From positions 9,951,337 through 10,015,336 of the forward strand of contig CM082586.2 of the NCBI GenBank assembly GCA_040954595.2: a stretch of DNA of 64,000 nt, written 5' to 3'. The notes under the pieces are model-generated. The model had not been told where the DNA came from. It ran no database searches and saw only the letters and a program-made list of their open reading frames with translations. Both the position numbers and the translations under genes were made by a program. Numbering within the stretch: position 1 is the first letter of the stretch; every line of letters starts with the position of its first letter. Below, one piece after another: positions 40,071 through 51,725 of this stretch. The DNA is from Balanoglossus misakiensis (Eukaryota; Animalia; Hemichordata).

Positions 40071-41031
40071 TATTACATAAACAACACTCTTACTTAGCTA
40101 AGGAAGTGGTCAGGTGAAATATATTTGCAGAGCTGACCAATTCTTTAAGGAAAATTAAAGTTGGGTATTTTGGATGTATTCATACCTACAAACTGTGTTA
40201 TGTATGGGACGTTGATGTTGCCTAATACGTCTCCACATTAACTTGAATTATTAACAGCAGCTATACAAGGCAGCGTATGGAAAGATCATTGTAAGACATA
40301 CACAACACTTTTATGGAGCATGGGAAATGTTCATGAGAACTGTGTTCTCGGAGCTCAAAACTGTGTTATGAGAAATTCAAGCTGCTAAACTTGCGTGTCT
40401 CTAAATTTACTGAAACCGTGATAATGAGCAAAAGAAGGCAACGTATAGGAATGCCATTCTACCACATACTGTTACTCAACACTTCTATTAAGCATGGGAA
40501 ATAGTATTGAGAACAGTATTCTCAAAGTTGACAAACTGTGTTATGTGTAGAATATCCAAATTGCCTAATTGGCAATCGTTAGCAACCAGTTGTCTTCAAG
40601 AGGGTTTGGGGCACCAACCTCAACATGCTTTAAGTCTTTAGTGATCTAGCAAGTTAGCCTGCATATCGAGCAACTGTTAATGGAGTGAGTTGCTCAATGA
40701 TAGGAAACTCCTTTGTTCATTTTCAAAATAAAAACCAAAAATGTGAACAAAACACACTGAATTATGTATGGGATATATGGGATTGCCTAATTTGCGTGTC
40801 TCCACATTTACTTAAACTCTCACAGGGAGACAAATGTCACAGCAGACGGAAAAATGATTATGCCACACACAGCACTTTTATTTAGCACGGGAACTGGTCT
40901 TGGGAAATGGGAGCTGACACACTGAATTTTTGGAAATTCAAAGAGCCTAATATGCATGTTTCCATATTTGCTTAAACCCTGACTGAGAGCTGAACAAGGC
41001 ACTAAATGGAAAGGTCATTGTGCCACATAAA
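40071..41031. repeat. Old degenerate ~170-bp tandem repeat (also in 42078-42570 and 56011-56670)
   Basis: caacact.tta...agca.ggga at ~40303, 40478, 40870, 42370, 42484, 56302, 56418; agctgacaaactgtgttat recurs. Confidence 0.6.
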
Positions 41032-41371
41032 GTCATAGTCCAGTCGTTAGAGCATCAGACCCATAATCAAAGAATCAAGGGTTTGATCCCTGGCATGGTT
41101 GTGGTGTTGTGGTGTTTACATCTCCTTGCCTCTCCCCGCCCATAAGAAAAGGTAATTTGGTGGATCCGATATTGTAATGAGTATGTTTAGGTCTGCTGTG
41201 CTGATATAAAAGCTGCACATGTGAGCTGTTGTTTGCTCCCCATGGAGTGGGATGGAATATTTTAGGTCCACCGACCTAGGTCAAATTACCATGGGAAACA
41301 CTTTGAAGCAGCACATTGAGATTTATTGTGTAATGTGCTATATAAGTAATAAATATTATATTGATATCATT
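41032..41371 (+). mobile_element. tRNA-derived SINE, full length
   Basis: Pol III A box tagtccagtcgttag (41036-41050), B box gggtttgatccc (41079-41090), tail ...tgtgctatataag..tattatatt; 7-bp TSD acataaa at 41025-41031 and 41372-41378. Confidence 0.8.
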
Positions 41372-41445
41372 ACATAAACAACACTCTTACTTAGCAAAGG
41401 AAGTGGTCAGGTGAACTATATTCGCAGAGCTGACCAATTGTTTAA

Positions 41446-41776
41446 AGGGGCAAAGTCTCTCTTTCGCCACCATTGTTCAATTAAGTTTGATACATGAACC
41501 CATTTATGTTATTCTACATGTGGCTATATAGTGAATCAACATTCAACCAACAACTTTCATCCCGTTTGTAGAATCTGAGAGTAAAAATCTCGCAAAAATG
41601 AATAAATGGTAAACACCGATTATTCATTTTGGCGAGTTTTTTCATTCTTGTGTGTACAAGTGGGGTGGAAGTTGTGTTTGGTCGAACATTGATTCACTAT
41701 ACAGCCAACATAAACGATGTCTTGTATCAAACATAATTAATGGTAAAAAGGGCAGCGAGAGAGACACTTTGTCCCT
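41446..41776. mobile_element. Fold-back MITE, Kolobok-type (TTAA TSD, AGGG termini)
   Basis: ttaa|aggggcaaagtctctc ... gagacactttgtccct|ttaa; arms complementary nearly to the centre; empty site ccaatt.tttaagg at ~40137-40150 and ~42140-42153. Confidence 0.9.
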
Positions 41777-41836
41777 TTAAGTAAAATTCAAGTTGTGTAA
41801 TGTGGACATATTCACATTTACAAACTGTTTTATAGT

Positions 41837-43536
41837 CACATGGGGATTAAATGCATATGCATGTGTATTTAAAGTTAACTGTAAATCCCCAGGTTAATAC
41901 GTGGCCAAAAGCACTGTAATTTGACATTTCTAAAGATGGTGAGATGTTGTTTGCTCCCCAGGGAGTTGAATGGAATATTTATGTCCAACGACCTAAATCA
42001 AATGACCATGGGACAACTTTAAAGCACATTGAGATTTAATGTGCTACATACGTTATAAATATTATATTAATATTATTACATAAAAAACACTCTTGCTTAG
42101 CAAAGGAAGTGGTCAGGTGAAAAATATTTGCACAGCTGACCAATTATTTAAGGAATATTAAAGTTGGGTAATTTGGACGTATTCATACGGGTGTTGGTCA
42201 ATGGAAAGTCCTTTGTTCATTTTCAAAATGGCAACCAAAAATGCGAACAAAACACACTGAATTCTGTACGGGATATTGATGTTGCCTAATTTGCGTGTTT
42301 CCACATTTACTTAAACTCTCACACGGAGACAAATGTCACAGCAAACGGAAAAATGACTATGCTACACACAACACTTTTATTGATCATGGGAAATGTTCAT
42401 GAGAATTGTGTTATGGTACTTTCCGGGGCTCACGAACTGTGTTATGGGAAATCTGACAAGGAATCTAAACTGTACCACATACACAACACTTTTATTAAGC
42501 GTGGGACATGGTCCTGAGAACAATATTCTCAGAGCTGACAAACTGTGTTATGTGAAATTCATGTTGCCTATTTCATGATAATGGCTTGTGGTACACAAGG
42601 GTTAACAGCAATCAGCAATTGCTTGTATGATAGGTATGATGATCGATTTATAAATTTCAATGGTATAATAATGGGCAACACATGTGGAAGTGTTTAATAA
42701 ACAGTTAACTAATGTGGTGATGGTTTGTGGTAAAATTGAGGGTACACAGATTATAATGGGCCAAAACAATGAATATAATAGAGGTTGATGATGGTGAAGG
42801 GTTTCATATGAATGGTGTAATAAAGGTTAACAAATGTGGTGATAGCTTTGGTGTACAGGGCTGTTGATATATTTAGTAATGACAAAGGTATAATAATGAT
42901 AAAAGCTTAAATAAGTGTTGGGGCACAATCTTCACGATGGTTCATTCATTGGTTAATGTGTATATTTTATTAATATCATGCTATTGTTTATCAGTTAGAT
43001 CATAATCAGGATTTTTCCATGCACATCGTCACCATGATTCAGCGGAATTCTTCTGAATAGTACCTGTGATCATTTTTCCGCACCGACGCATTGTACGCGA
43101 CAGACATGCAGAAAATATTAACATGTAACTCACAGGCATAATGTTAAATCTAAACGACTGTACGTTAGGTTAGCTTTACCTCCCCACCCCATCCAAATTC
43201 CAAATTTAGCTTGCCATGCAGTTTTCGGGTAGTACCAATTCGGAAACTTTCATGGTTCATTCATCGAACCAAATATTGGATTTGACACACTGTGCCATGG
43301 GTGGGTAAAGCATGGTGAAATGTTGGCGGTAAACTTTAACCAGGCAGGTCACATGAAATGAAGATATTATCCTTTGAGTTTGATGACATACATGATAAGA
43401 TATGTCAGTTTTGACACCTTTTTGCAGACATAGATGCTGATGTATTTTTTCCATTGGACACAGTAGTCAAAGTCCAGTCTGTGTTTAAAATGATACCCTG
43501 GTCACACACAGTGAGAAATATCAGCCTTTGACTTAA
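41837..43536 (+). repeat. Segmental duplicate of ~55777-57637 (satellite fragment + SINE tail + flank)
   Basis: Colinear and highly similar up to cagcctttgacttaa; this copy lacks a 167-bp segment lying between direct repeats cagag.tgacaaactgtgttat (56464 and 56631). Confidence 0.92.
41939..42077 (+). mobile_element. SINE 3' fragment fused to a satellite fragment (41837-41938)
   Basis: Same junction and tail as 39300. Confidence 0.85.
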
Positions 43537-43828
43537 AGGGACAAAGTCTCTCTCTTTTTGCCTTTTTTCCATTACTTTTGATTCATTCAAGACACTGTGT
43601 ATGTTATTTTAAATGTTGATATATAGTGAATCAACGTTCGACCACACACAAGTTCCATCCCGCTTGTAGACACGAGAGTAAAAAAATCACCAAAATGAAT
43701 AATCGTTCTTTACCATTTATTCGAGCGCGGACGCGGGCCGGGCTTCGATCATTACCAATGTGCGCATGTGCAAGGGTATATACACAAAATGAAACGTCAT
43801 ACATATAATTATAGCTGTAGCGACAGTC

Positions 43829-44043
43829 ATGGCGGATGCTTTGGCGTCTGTTCCCAGTAGCAGTGGTAAACGTAAACGTGCTCGTGGCCGCCCACAAACC
43901 ACTGCTTCGGCAAAAAAACGTAAACAATTGCTGAAACAAGTAGGTCAGATAAACATTTTCTCGGAAATTCATCGTTGGAATGAAATCAAACGCTCCTTGG
44001 TATTGGAAACGAACCGCCAGGTCGTAAAGGTACTGATCGACCG
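43829..44043 (+). CDS. Transposase exon 1 (basic NLS/AT-hook-like RGRP, helical motif INIFSEIHRW...VLIDR)
   Basis: ATG in agtcATGG context; donor cg|gtaagt at 44044. Confidence 0.75.
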
Positions 44044-44651
44044 GTAAGTACATATTCGTGCATTCACTGTGTACGTACTCCATAGCCAAAGATACGGCAT
44101 GAATTGTGTACATGAATTTAGAATCTGTGTCTCACAGAATCACTGCGAGCATCATCTCAATGTAATTCTAAATGTGCTGTTTCAAGTCGTATTTCACTTA
44201 GTGATTTTGCCCAGCGCATACCTCGCCCTCGACCAGCAGTTGTATGTAGTACGCTGGACCGTTTGTATCAATGTATGACTATGCGAGATAAATTGTACGG
44301 TACTGCAATTTTTTTTTTTTTTCTTTTTTTTCCTCCGGACAATCTACATGTATTACTGTTATCGAACATACGAGACAATATGCTTTTAGCGGAATTTGGT
44401 TGTTCTTTGTTCTGCTACAACTTCCGTTTTGTTATAGCCAGTTGTGTACATTTCTTGAGCTGTATATGAACTGAAGAAAAATTTGGCTATTTTCTCGTAG
44501 TTATCTTATTCTCACCTTACGTGTCTGTAACCTGTCCTCTGAGGCAAATTATGGCTGTGTGTAATCCCTTCTAAAGACAGAAATTGGCTACGTAAACAAG
44601 CCATTGTAAAGGCAAAAAAGGTTCATTGTGTCTTATTATTTGTGTGGACAG

Positions 44652-44762
44652 GTATTATGAACATCAAGTTACAGCAACAACAGATGCAGAATTTACCAGG
44701 CCTGCATCATCTCCAAGTGGCCAAGAAACACTGCAAGTATTTGCACCGTCTATGGAAACTAG
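44652..44762 (+). CDS. Transposase exon 2 (YYEHQVT...PSMET)
   Basis: acag| ... |gtacc; 111 nt, open, phase 2-2. Confidence 0.6.
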
Positions 44763-45018
44763 GTACCAAATAAATTTTGATCATGATACTTTGAGCTTTG
44801 TATAGTACACAATAGATTTTCATATTTGATGGGGCTCTTGCAGTATACATGATGTATATTGTTTTAAAGAGGTGACATGTTTTTATGGCTCATGAAAAGT
44901 AATTGTGTCCGTAATATAATTTATAGAAATGAAACAATGAAATGTTGCATTCCACATAGTTATCTGTGTGATAGATGGGAATACCTAAAAGTATATATTT
45001 GTTTCTTAAAATTTATAG

Positions 45019-45144
45019 GCAACGTGATGATCAAGGACAAGCCACCCAAACTTTTCCTATGACATCAACGCCAGGAAATGGCCATCTTTGTGATATCGAA
45101 AAAAATTTAGAAGAATTAGTTGCATCAGAAATATCATCAGTCAG
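45019..45144 (+). CDS. Transposase exon 3 (QRDDQG...EISSV)
   Basis: tttatag| ... |gtaggt; 126 nt, open, phase 2-2. Confidence 0.65.
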
Positions 45145-45488
45145 GTAGGTGTTTAAGCACTGTTTTTTTACATTACATGATAATTTCAATGCTTCTAGCC
45201 ACAATCTGTAGTATGAGGAAAAGCCTCTGCTCAAACTCTCAGGTGACAATAATCAACATAACAATGGCGAAGTATACCTGACATTTGCCCTCCAATAAAC
45301 AACCAAAATCATCCTATACAATTTATTCAGTGTGTTGACCAAGACATTCACGTCTATGGTTTTAATCCAGCAAACATAGGTTTTTCACTGCTTACTGGTT
45401 GGGGGATTAGGGGGAACTGGAACCTACAACGTTTGTGCAGACCTAGTTTGTCATGTATCAAATTTTAGTCTTTTTTTTCTTTGTACAG

Positions 45489-45602
45489 GGTTTCTTCCAT
45501 CTCTGGAATTGCAGAGATAGATGTTCAGGAGATAGGAGAATCATCACAAGAGAAACCTATGGAATCTACAGAAGGCCCATCACAGCCAGTACAAAGTGAA
45601 AG
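45489..45602 (+). CDS. Transposase exon 4 (VSSISG...VQSE)
   Basis: Pyrimidine tract + tacag| ... |gtatga; 114 nt, open, phase 2-2. Confidence 0.7.
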
Positions 45603-45617
45603 GTATGACACTATCTT

Positions 45618-46034
45618 TTCTTACACTCCCCGTACGCTGGGAGTGTGAGAACAGAGTGTGGGAACAAATTGTTCTCACAATCTCACTGAATAGAAAGCTG
45701 TATATGACGTGAGTGCTGATTGGTTAACAAAGTGTTCTGTCGCTACGCGCACTAAATGTTATCCAATGGCGCGATGTGTATTACAGGCACAGAGACTACA
45801 ACGTGCCCCCAGACAACAATTCCAGAGTCATTTATTCAATGTTTTTAACGAACTTGGCTAATTTGTGACCGTGTGAGAAAAAGAATCTCACACACCAAGG
45901 ACCTGGGATCATATTTCTCACACTCGTCGGGGATATTCTGTCCCACACGAGCCTGCGGCTCGTGTGGGACAGAAAATCCCCAACTCTTGTGAGAAATGTG
46001 ATCCCAGGTCCTTGGGAGTGTGAGATTCTATTAA
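45618..46034. mobile_element. ~417-bp non-autonomous element with a 148-nt terminal hairpin and asymmetric IRs, in intron 4
   Basis: Hairpin 45882-46029 (agaatctcacac...gcc-tgc-ggc...gtgtgagattct); ttcttacac (45618) pairs with gtgtgagaa (45871); small hairpin 45618-45651; ends approximate because no empty site is present. Confidence 0.75.
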
Positions 46035-46475
46035 TCTGAAGATAAACTGTAGTTAGGTAAACTTTTATAGTGAAATGTGGCTTTCCCCCCTCTTTTGTAC
46101 CTTTTGTGATAAACATTAATCTCCTGCTTTAGGACAAAAGCAGGAGCGACTGCTTTACATACATGTAAATGTACTAATTTCTAACTCCCTTGCTTATGCT
46201 TGTGTGAATAAGTTATTCTGTGTAGCTATCAACATGAAAATATTTCTTAGAAAGCAAAATGGCAAATGTTTACCAAGCACCCTAAATTTACTTGTGTGAA
46301 ACCAAGATAGAGAGGAACCTGTAAAAATAAGCAGTGATGCTGCTGTCCCTGTGTGCCCCTGTCACTTTGTTTCAGAGTTCAATTTTCATGTGTGTTATAT
46401 TTAGTTCACAGCTGTAAATTAGTTCAGTACATATTGCCGTCTCATGTGTGCCTATTTTGTCATTTTTTTCTCCAG

Positions 46476-46529
46476 CGGCCGTGTAAGATTTCCAAGAAAT
46501 TTGTCTGAGTCTTTCATCAATCCATTTGA
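46476..46529 (+). CDS. Transposase exon 5 (GRVRFPRNLSESFINPF)
   Basis: tttttttctccag| ... |gtaagt; 54 nt, phase 2-2. Confidence 0.7.
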
Positions 46530-46805
46530 GTAAGTTTTCCTTATTCTATTGTCATATACGGCATGCATGTATCCCTTGCTTGAGCAAGCCTTTTCGATTG
46601 CTTCTTTTCTCCTGTTACACTAAATTTAAATTTGTTGGGAAAATCAGTTTCATGACATGCATCACGTGTGTCAGAACATTTGCTTGTACTTAAATTCATG
46701 GGAAATGTTTTCTTTCTTTTTTGTGCTTATGAGTGACTATATGTATTTTTAGTGAGCAGCATTGTCCCACTATTCAGATTAATTCCTTGGTTTTATTACT
46801 ACCAG

Positions 46806-46904
46806 GTTGAGCATTGATATTTCTGAGGAAGACAAAGAGGAAGACATGAACCTATGTGACGATGATGATTATGACTATGAGCCCAGCTTTGATATTTCTA
46901 TAAT
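46806..46904 (+). CDS. Transposase exon 6 (acidic; LSIDISEE...DYEPSFDISI)
   Basis: accag| ... |gtaagt; 99 nt, phase 2-2. Confidence 0.7.
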
Positions 46905-47142
46905 GTAAGTGCGCATTTATCACTATCATCAAAGTTCCTTATTGGATGGGTACACAACAAATGGAAAGCAAAATATCCTCATGGTTAAAAAAAGCCTAAG
47001 TGTTGGACGCTAAAATTCATATATATGATAAATTTTCTTTTATGAATGAAACATCAACTTACAACATTTGTACTAACAGCTGACTGACAAACTCTGATGG
47101 ACAAGTCATGAGCATTGTTAGGATTTTTTGTCCATTTCTCAG

Positions 47143-47202
47143 AACTAATGGCGTGCAGGTGGTTCCTGCCATTGGTGACGACGATATTGAAAGTGACGGT
47201 GG

Positions 47203-47239
<37 letters not shown>

Positions 47240-47442
47240 ACACCATCACCGGGTCTGCAGAGAGTTGTCACAGAAGAAGATGGGGAAAGCCTCCTTGGTG
47301 ACTCTACAACATGTCTGTTTTTTTTAACCAGCTTCTGGCCCTTGGCAAAAAATCTATTAGGCAAGTCTGTGCATTGAAGTCTTGCAGTGGATTGATATCC
47401 TCTACTTCAAAGTTTGTTGGCTCAGCTTTATATCTAAAGTGG
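47143..47442 (+). CDS. Transposase exon 7 (poly-Asp, then NQLLAL...CxxxxC...GSALYLKW); apparent 1-nt deletion at the T8 run 47318-47325
   Basis: ttctcag| ... tgg|gtgagt; only a frame change near the T run gives a stop-free join to exon 8. Confidence 0.7.
47204..47236. repeat. (GAT)11 microsatellite encoding poly-Asp
   Basis: Direct read. Confidence 0.97.
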
Positions 47443-47726
47443 GTGAGTGTGAACTAAATATGGTATATTCTTGACAATTATTGTTAAACTATACCAACTG
47501 TAGTGTGCATTGTATGGACAATCACTATGCCAGTATTATTTAGATGAACAGGAAACTCTAGTTATAATCCTATGTGGGTGCACATTGTTCCTTTAGGTTT
47601 ATAATAAAAAACAATAGTCAACTGAAATTACAAAGTTATCGGTATTAACATCTGTTTTATCGTGTCTTGGAGAAATCAACATGAAATGATCAAATAAGCA
47701 TGAATCTTTAAACTTTTTTTTTTCAG

Positions 47727-48009
47727 GAATGCTCAGCTGGTCACCTTGAGTACGAATGGTGTTCACAACCAATTTTGAACAGGAGACTTCATAGTGGTGA
47801 TCTCTTCACAGCAGCTGCCGTTCTATTGTCTGGTAATAATTATGCCAAAATTAATTTTTTGGCAAGCATTCTGTCACTCAGAATTTGCTCCCAGAATACT
47901 TACAATAGAATTCAGAAAGCTTATCTAATACCATGTCTTGATGAATTTTGGATACGACAACAACAAGACATCATTGATTCATTTGATGGCCAAGAACTTG
48001 TTTTACTGG
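47727..48009 (+). CDS. Transposase exon 8 (ECSAGHLEYEWCSQP...GQELVLLG)
   Basis: Poly-T + cag| ... g|gtaagt; overlaps ORF 47775..48047. Confidence 0.85.
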
Positions 48010-48297
48010 GTAAGTTTTTAGCTTCATTGTTAATGACACGCACCTAATCTGATTGGCTCACCCCACTGATTATCCATCACATGTCGGCCAATGCACTTGT
48101 AATTTATGTCTAAAAGTTTATACTTACAGACTCTATTCTGCTGATTTAGAAAAGAATACAATAGTTATTATTTGGTGGCATTTACTTCCTCATTTGCATC
48201 ATTTCATACTCATTGTAAAATCATTGAATTGGAAATGTTCTCACTTATGCATACTTATGTATAATTTGACTGACATATTTACTTGATTATGTCTCAG

Positions 48298-48534
48298 GTG
48301 ATGGGCGAATGGATTCCCCGGGTTTTTGTGCGCAATATTGCACCTATACTGTGATGGAGGAAACCACCAAGAAAATTCTGTCGATAATAACCATGGACAA
48401 AAGAGAAACAGAGAAGAAGTCAACAAACATGGAAAAGGCCTGCCTTGTTAAAAGTCTAAACCAGCTTCAGGAGAAAGGTGTAAATGTCAAAGAAGTCGTA
48501 ACAGATGCCCACATGCAGATTACAGCTCTGATGA
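48298..48534 (+). CDS. Transposase exon 9, catalytic core (DGRMDSPG...VVTDAH)
   Basis: ctcag| ... a|gtaagt; overlaps ORF 48309..48629. Confidence 0.9.
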
Positions 48535-48558
48535 GTAAGTGTAATTTTATGATTTTAA

Positions 48559-49353
48559 GATGGGTCCCTAGGATCTTTTTGCCCGTTGCTATGGGCCTTT
48601 ATAGGACATTACACCCCGATTTGGACTAAGCCGTTTTCAGAGTCTAACAAGGGGCTGGTAACTAGTTGAAAATCTGCACGATTGTGAGCGCGCGCCCCCT
48701 GACGCCATTGATATGCAAATTAGCTAGGTCAAATTTCAAAAGCCTAAGGCTTTTTATTCCGTGACCTCAAAAACGAACTTGATACGTATTCATTAGTTGC
48801 TTGAACCAGGGAAGATCGTGACGGATTTTGTTTTCGAATATTATCGTTGTATCCTACGATTTCAGCATACCCGTACCACACCTGAAAAAGTCATCGATTT
48901 TGGGTGTTTTTGGACGCACTCTTCCACCGGTATCGCTTCTTAGCACGACGAAAACCGAAAAAACGATCCGTCACACTATGCGGAAGTGCGTTCTCAACAA
49001 GCAGGTCAAATTTGGCTGGCCTACGTCGCCTATGAAAAAAGCCTTAGGGATTTTCGTGAACGGTACAAAATCTCTGTGTACAAAACATTGGATATTTAGC
49101 GTTCGATCCAGTTACTGTGGTTACAGGACGCGCACGCTATCGGTGACTGCTGCTTTGCCGTATTAGCGTGGCGGCCTATGGCCGGGCGGTAGCTGCCGTA
49201 ACCATACTCGGACAGGGGGTGTGCACACAATCGTGCGTATTTTTAACTAGTTACAAGCCCCTTGTCGGACGTTCATAACGGTTTCGATCAAAATTGAGTG
49301 TAGTGTCCTATAAAGGCCCATAGCAACGAGCAAAAAGATCCTAGGGACCCATC
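48559..49353. mobile_element. 795-bp non-autonomous TIR element, TTAA TSD, GA...TC termini (Kolobok-like), in intron 9
   Basis: ttaa|gatgggtccctaggatctttttgc.cgttgctatgggcctttataggaca ... tgtcctataaaggcccatagcaacgagcaaaaagatcctagggacccatc|ttaa; imperfect TIR extends ~140 bp. Confidence 0.92.
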
Positions 49354-49504
49354 TTAACTTGGGTTATATGTTGCTTTGAAATGCCAAAAGCAAAGCTGTT
49401 ATACAGGTCAATGTTGATTTTGTTTTTCTGAGATAATGTATTTGGCAATCATAACACTGTCATTTTGAAGCTCCATTTGTAATCACATTTACCCACTCTT
49501 ATAG

Positions 49505-49581
49505 GAGACGATCACCCAGACATAAAACATTCTCATGACATTTGGCATGCTGCCAAGAACTTGTCAAAGAAGATCATAAAG
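49505..49581 (+). CDS. Transposase exon 10 (DDHPDIKHSHDIWHAAKNLSKKIIK)
   Basis: cttatag| ... aag|gttaga; phase 1-0; DxWH motif. Confidence 0.85.
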
Positions 49582-49839
49582 GTTAGACAAACTTTTATTC
49601 TTGTATTCAGTTTTCATTTATCTTCTAAATATGTGTGACACTGACACATAAAAATGTAAGGGTATAGAATGTTACTAACTGATCCTTCTATCATTTTGGG
49701 TGGGGTGGGTGTCAAACTACCTTTGAAAATAGTTATGGCAATATTCAAATTGTGCAGTTGTTATTTGCATCAGTAAATGTCACAAACAAGTTCAGGTCTA
49801 TGGTGAATAGTTATGAACCATCAGTTTATATCAGATCAT

Positions 49840-49993
49840 TGTGATAGTATTGTCATGATCACGTGATTGTCACATGGTCTGTATACGTGATTTCCTGTAA
49901 CTGTTAGTTCCCGCGTGGTTGTCATTCAATAAACATCACTTCTGTGGAACTCCGTCGTTGTCGACTGTCAATAACCCCTCCCCGGACATCACA
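49840..49993 (+). repeat. 5' LTR (154 bp)
   Basis: tgtgat...atcaca; contains aataaa; identical to the 3' LTR by eye. Confidence 0.97.
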
Positions 49994-49997
49994 TAAA

Positions 49998-50010
49998 TGG
50001 CGACGAGGAT
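49998..50010 (+). promoter_or_regulatory. Primer binding site, tRNA-Ser type
   Basis: tggcgacgaggat is complementary to the ...ATCCTCGTCGCCA 3' end of animal tRNA-Ser(GCT); 4 nt after the LTR. Confidence 0.85.
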
Positions 50011-50093
50011 TTAGTTGTCTAAATTAACTATCGAAGAACATACGCAAGCAACCTTTACGAGATTTGGTGACTTTTTAGCCGTGATTTGAGTGC

Positions 50094-51725
50094 ATGAAAA
50101 TGTCTACACCCGTAACGCTGTCCGGACTGCCAGGAGTGGCGGGATTCGACTGTGAAGGCGAACCGGAGGCTCTTCAGCAAAGGTGGGAGCGTTGGCTTCA
50201 GGAATTTGAACTGTTCGTAGCAGCTTCTGGTGTTTCAAATAATGCGCAGAAGCGTGCCTTACTTTTGCACATGGCTGGAGCGGGCATCAGAGACATTGTT
50301 AGCACTAAATCTGAAGATGAAACTGGTGACGTCACAAACTGCGCAACGTTGATAGCATGTTTGGATAAACACTTTCAACTGCAGAAAAACGTTCCTATGG
50401 CAAGACAGAAGTTTTACAGCGCAACTCCCACGTCCGGGGAGACGGTCGACAGCTACGTAATACGTCTCAAGAACCTACTGAAAGACTGTGATTTTCCCGA
50501 GACGGAAAAAGACAACCAGATAAGAGATCGTGTCTTGCTCTACATCAGCGACAAGGTGCTAAAAAGCAAGCTGTATCGTGAAAAGAATTTGGACACTACC
50601 AAACTACTACAAATCATACGGTCGTATCACGACAAAGATGCACTAGTTTTGGTGTCTGGTACTCAAGCTGTGAGTGCAAATGCAGTCAATATTGGCGGTA
50701 AACGTACGCGCGCCAAAAACAAAATGGCGGACTTAGCCTGTTTCCGTTGTGGAAGGAAAGGTCACATGCAACGTGAATGTCGCGCCAGTACAAGTGGTAG
50801 TTCTCGCAATGCCGAACAAAAATCCGACCGGTGTTTCCGATGTCAAAAACCGGGACACAGAGCTGCAGACTGTCGTGCTAAGTGGGAAGACTGTCCGTCT
50901 AAAGACAGTGAAAATGGCAACAGTCGAGGCAGTGGTGGTAACCGCAGCGCACGTGGACGTGGCCGTACGCGTGGTGATGGTCGCGGTACACACAAGGTAG
51001 CTCAGACGACTACTGATGCAAACGCCGATGGTGGCCATGCAGACGTCGAGACTGACGAGGAGAAAGCGTACTATGCTTTCAATGCTGCTTTCCGTGCTTC
51101 CAGTGGGAAGGACCTCACTGATACAGGTATTCAGATCGAGAATCAACACGTGCCGGTTATCATCGACAGTGGTGCTACATGTAATCTCATTGGTGAAAGA
51201 CAATTTCGCAGACTTGCTGAAAAGCGTGGTGTGAAAGTTCGAAATTGTAACAATAAAGTGTTTACCTATGGTTCTAGTAAACCTTTAGATATATTGGGTA
51301 AATGTGCCTTACATGTTGAAGCGCCTACTAAAAAGAAATGTATTGCTGATTTTATAGTGATCAAGGCTGATCAACCGATTTTGTTGAGTCGGAGTACTTC
51401 TGAGAATTTAGATATGTTGAGAGTTGGAAATGTGAATCTGTACACGATAAATTCAATATCTGCTGATAATTCTTCGCCAATTCTTGCAGAATTGCGGAGG
51501 AAATATCCTGAGGTATTTAATGGGTTGGGTAAGTTAAAGGGCTACAAGCTCCATTTGCATATTGATGAGAGTGTCAAACCCATAGCCCAGTACCGGCGAA
51601 TTCCTTTCAACCGCCGTGCTAAAGTTGTTGAAAAAACTCAACGAGCTTCAAAAGCTGGGAGTAATAGAGAAGGTTTCGGGTCCGACCTCTTGGGTCAACC
51701 CCCTTGTAACAGTACAAAAGCCTGA
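50094..51725 (+). CDS. gag: Gag + aspartic protease part of the gag-pol polyprotein (true frame to ~51635)
   Basis: Two CCHC knuckles (CFRCGRKGHMQREC, CFRCQKPGHRAADC), protease IIDSGATCN, RRIPF pre-RT motif. Confidence 0.93.
   Translation: MKMSTPVTLSGLPGVAGFDCEGEPEALQQRWERWLQEFELFVAASGVSNNAQKRALLLHMAGAGIRDIVSTKSEDETGDVTNCATLIACLDKHFQLQKNVPMARQKFYSATPTSGETVDSYVIRLKNLLKDCDFPETEKDNQIRDRVLLYISDKVLKSKLYREKNLDTTKLLQIIRSYHDKDALVLVSGTQAVSANAVNIGGKRTRAKNKMADLACFRCGRKGHMQRECRASTSGSSRNAEQKSDRCFRCQKPGHRAADCRAKWEDCPSKDSENGNSRGSGGNRSARGRGRTRGDGRGTHKVAQTTTDANADGGHADVETDEEKAYYAFNAAFRASSGKDLTDTGIQIENQHVPVIIDSGATCNLIGERQFRRLAEKRGVKVRNCNNKVFTYGSSKPLDILGKCALHVEAPTKKKCIADFIVIKADQPILLSRSTSENLDMLRVGNVNLYTINSISADNSSPILAELRRKYPEVFNGLGKLKGYKLHLHIDESVKPIAQYRRIPFNRRAKVVEKTQRASKAGSNREGFGSDLLGQPPCNSTKA

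Noticed and set aside
41032-41110. tRNA gene (also 59102-59175)
   Set aside because: A/B boxes present but no convincing cloverleaf or acceptor stem; continues into a SINE body and tail with TSD
47059-47364. Poly-Ser and poly-Met ORFs
   Set aside because: Alternative frames of the (GAT)11 tract in transposase exon 7
48828-49166. 112-aa ORF inside the TIR element
   Set aside because: Non-ATG start, no transposase motif
51616-51725. Programmed gag-pol frameshift
   Set aside because: The shift lies downstream of the protease at the RT start, in an A6 run; removing one A fuses RRAKVVEK-LNEL, so it is better read as a mutation or error
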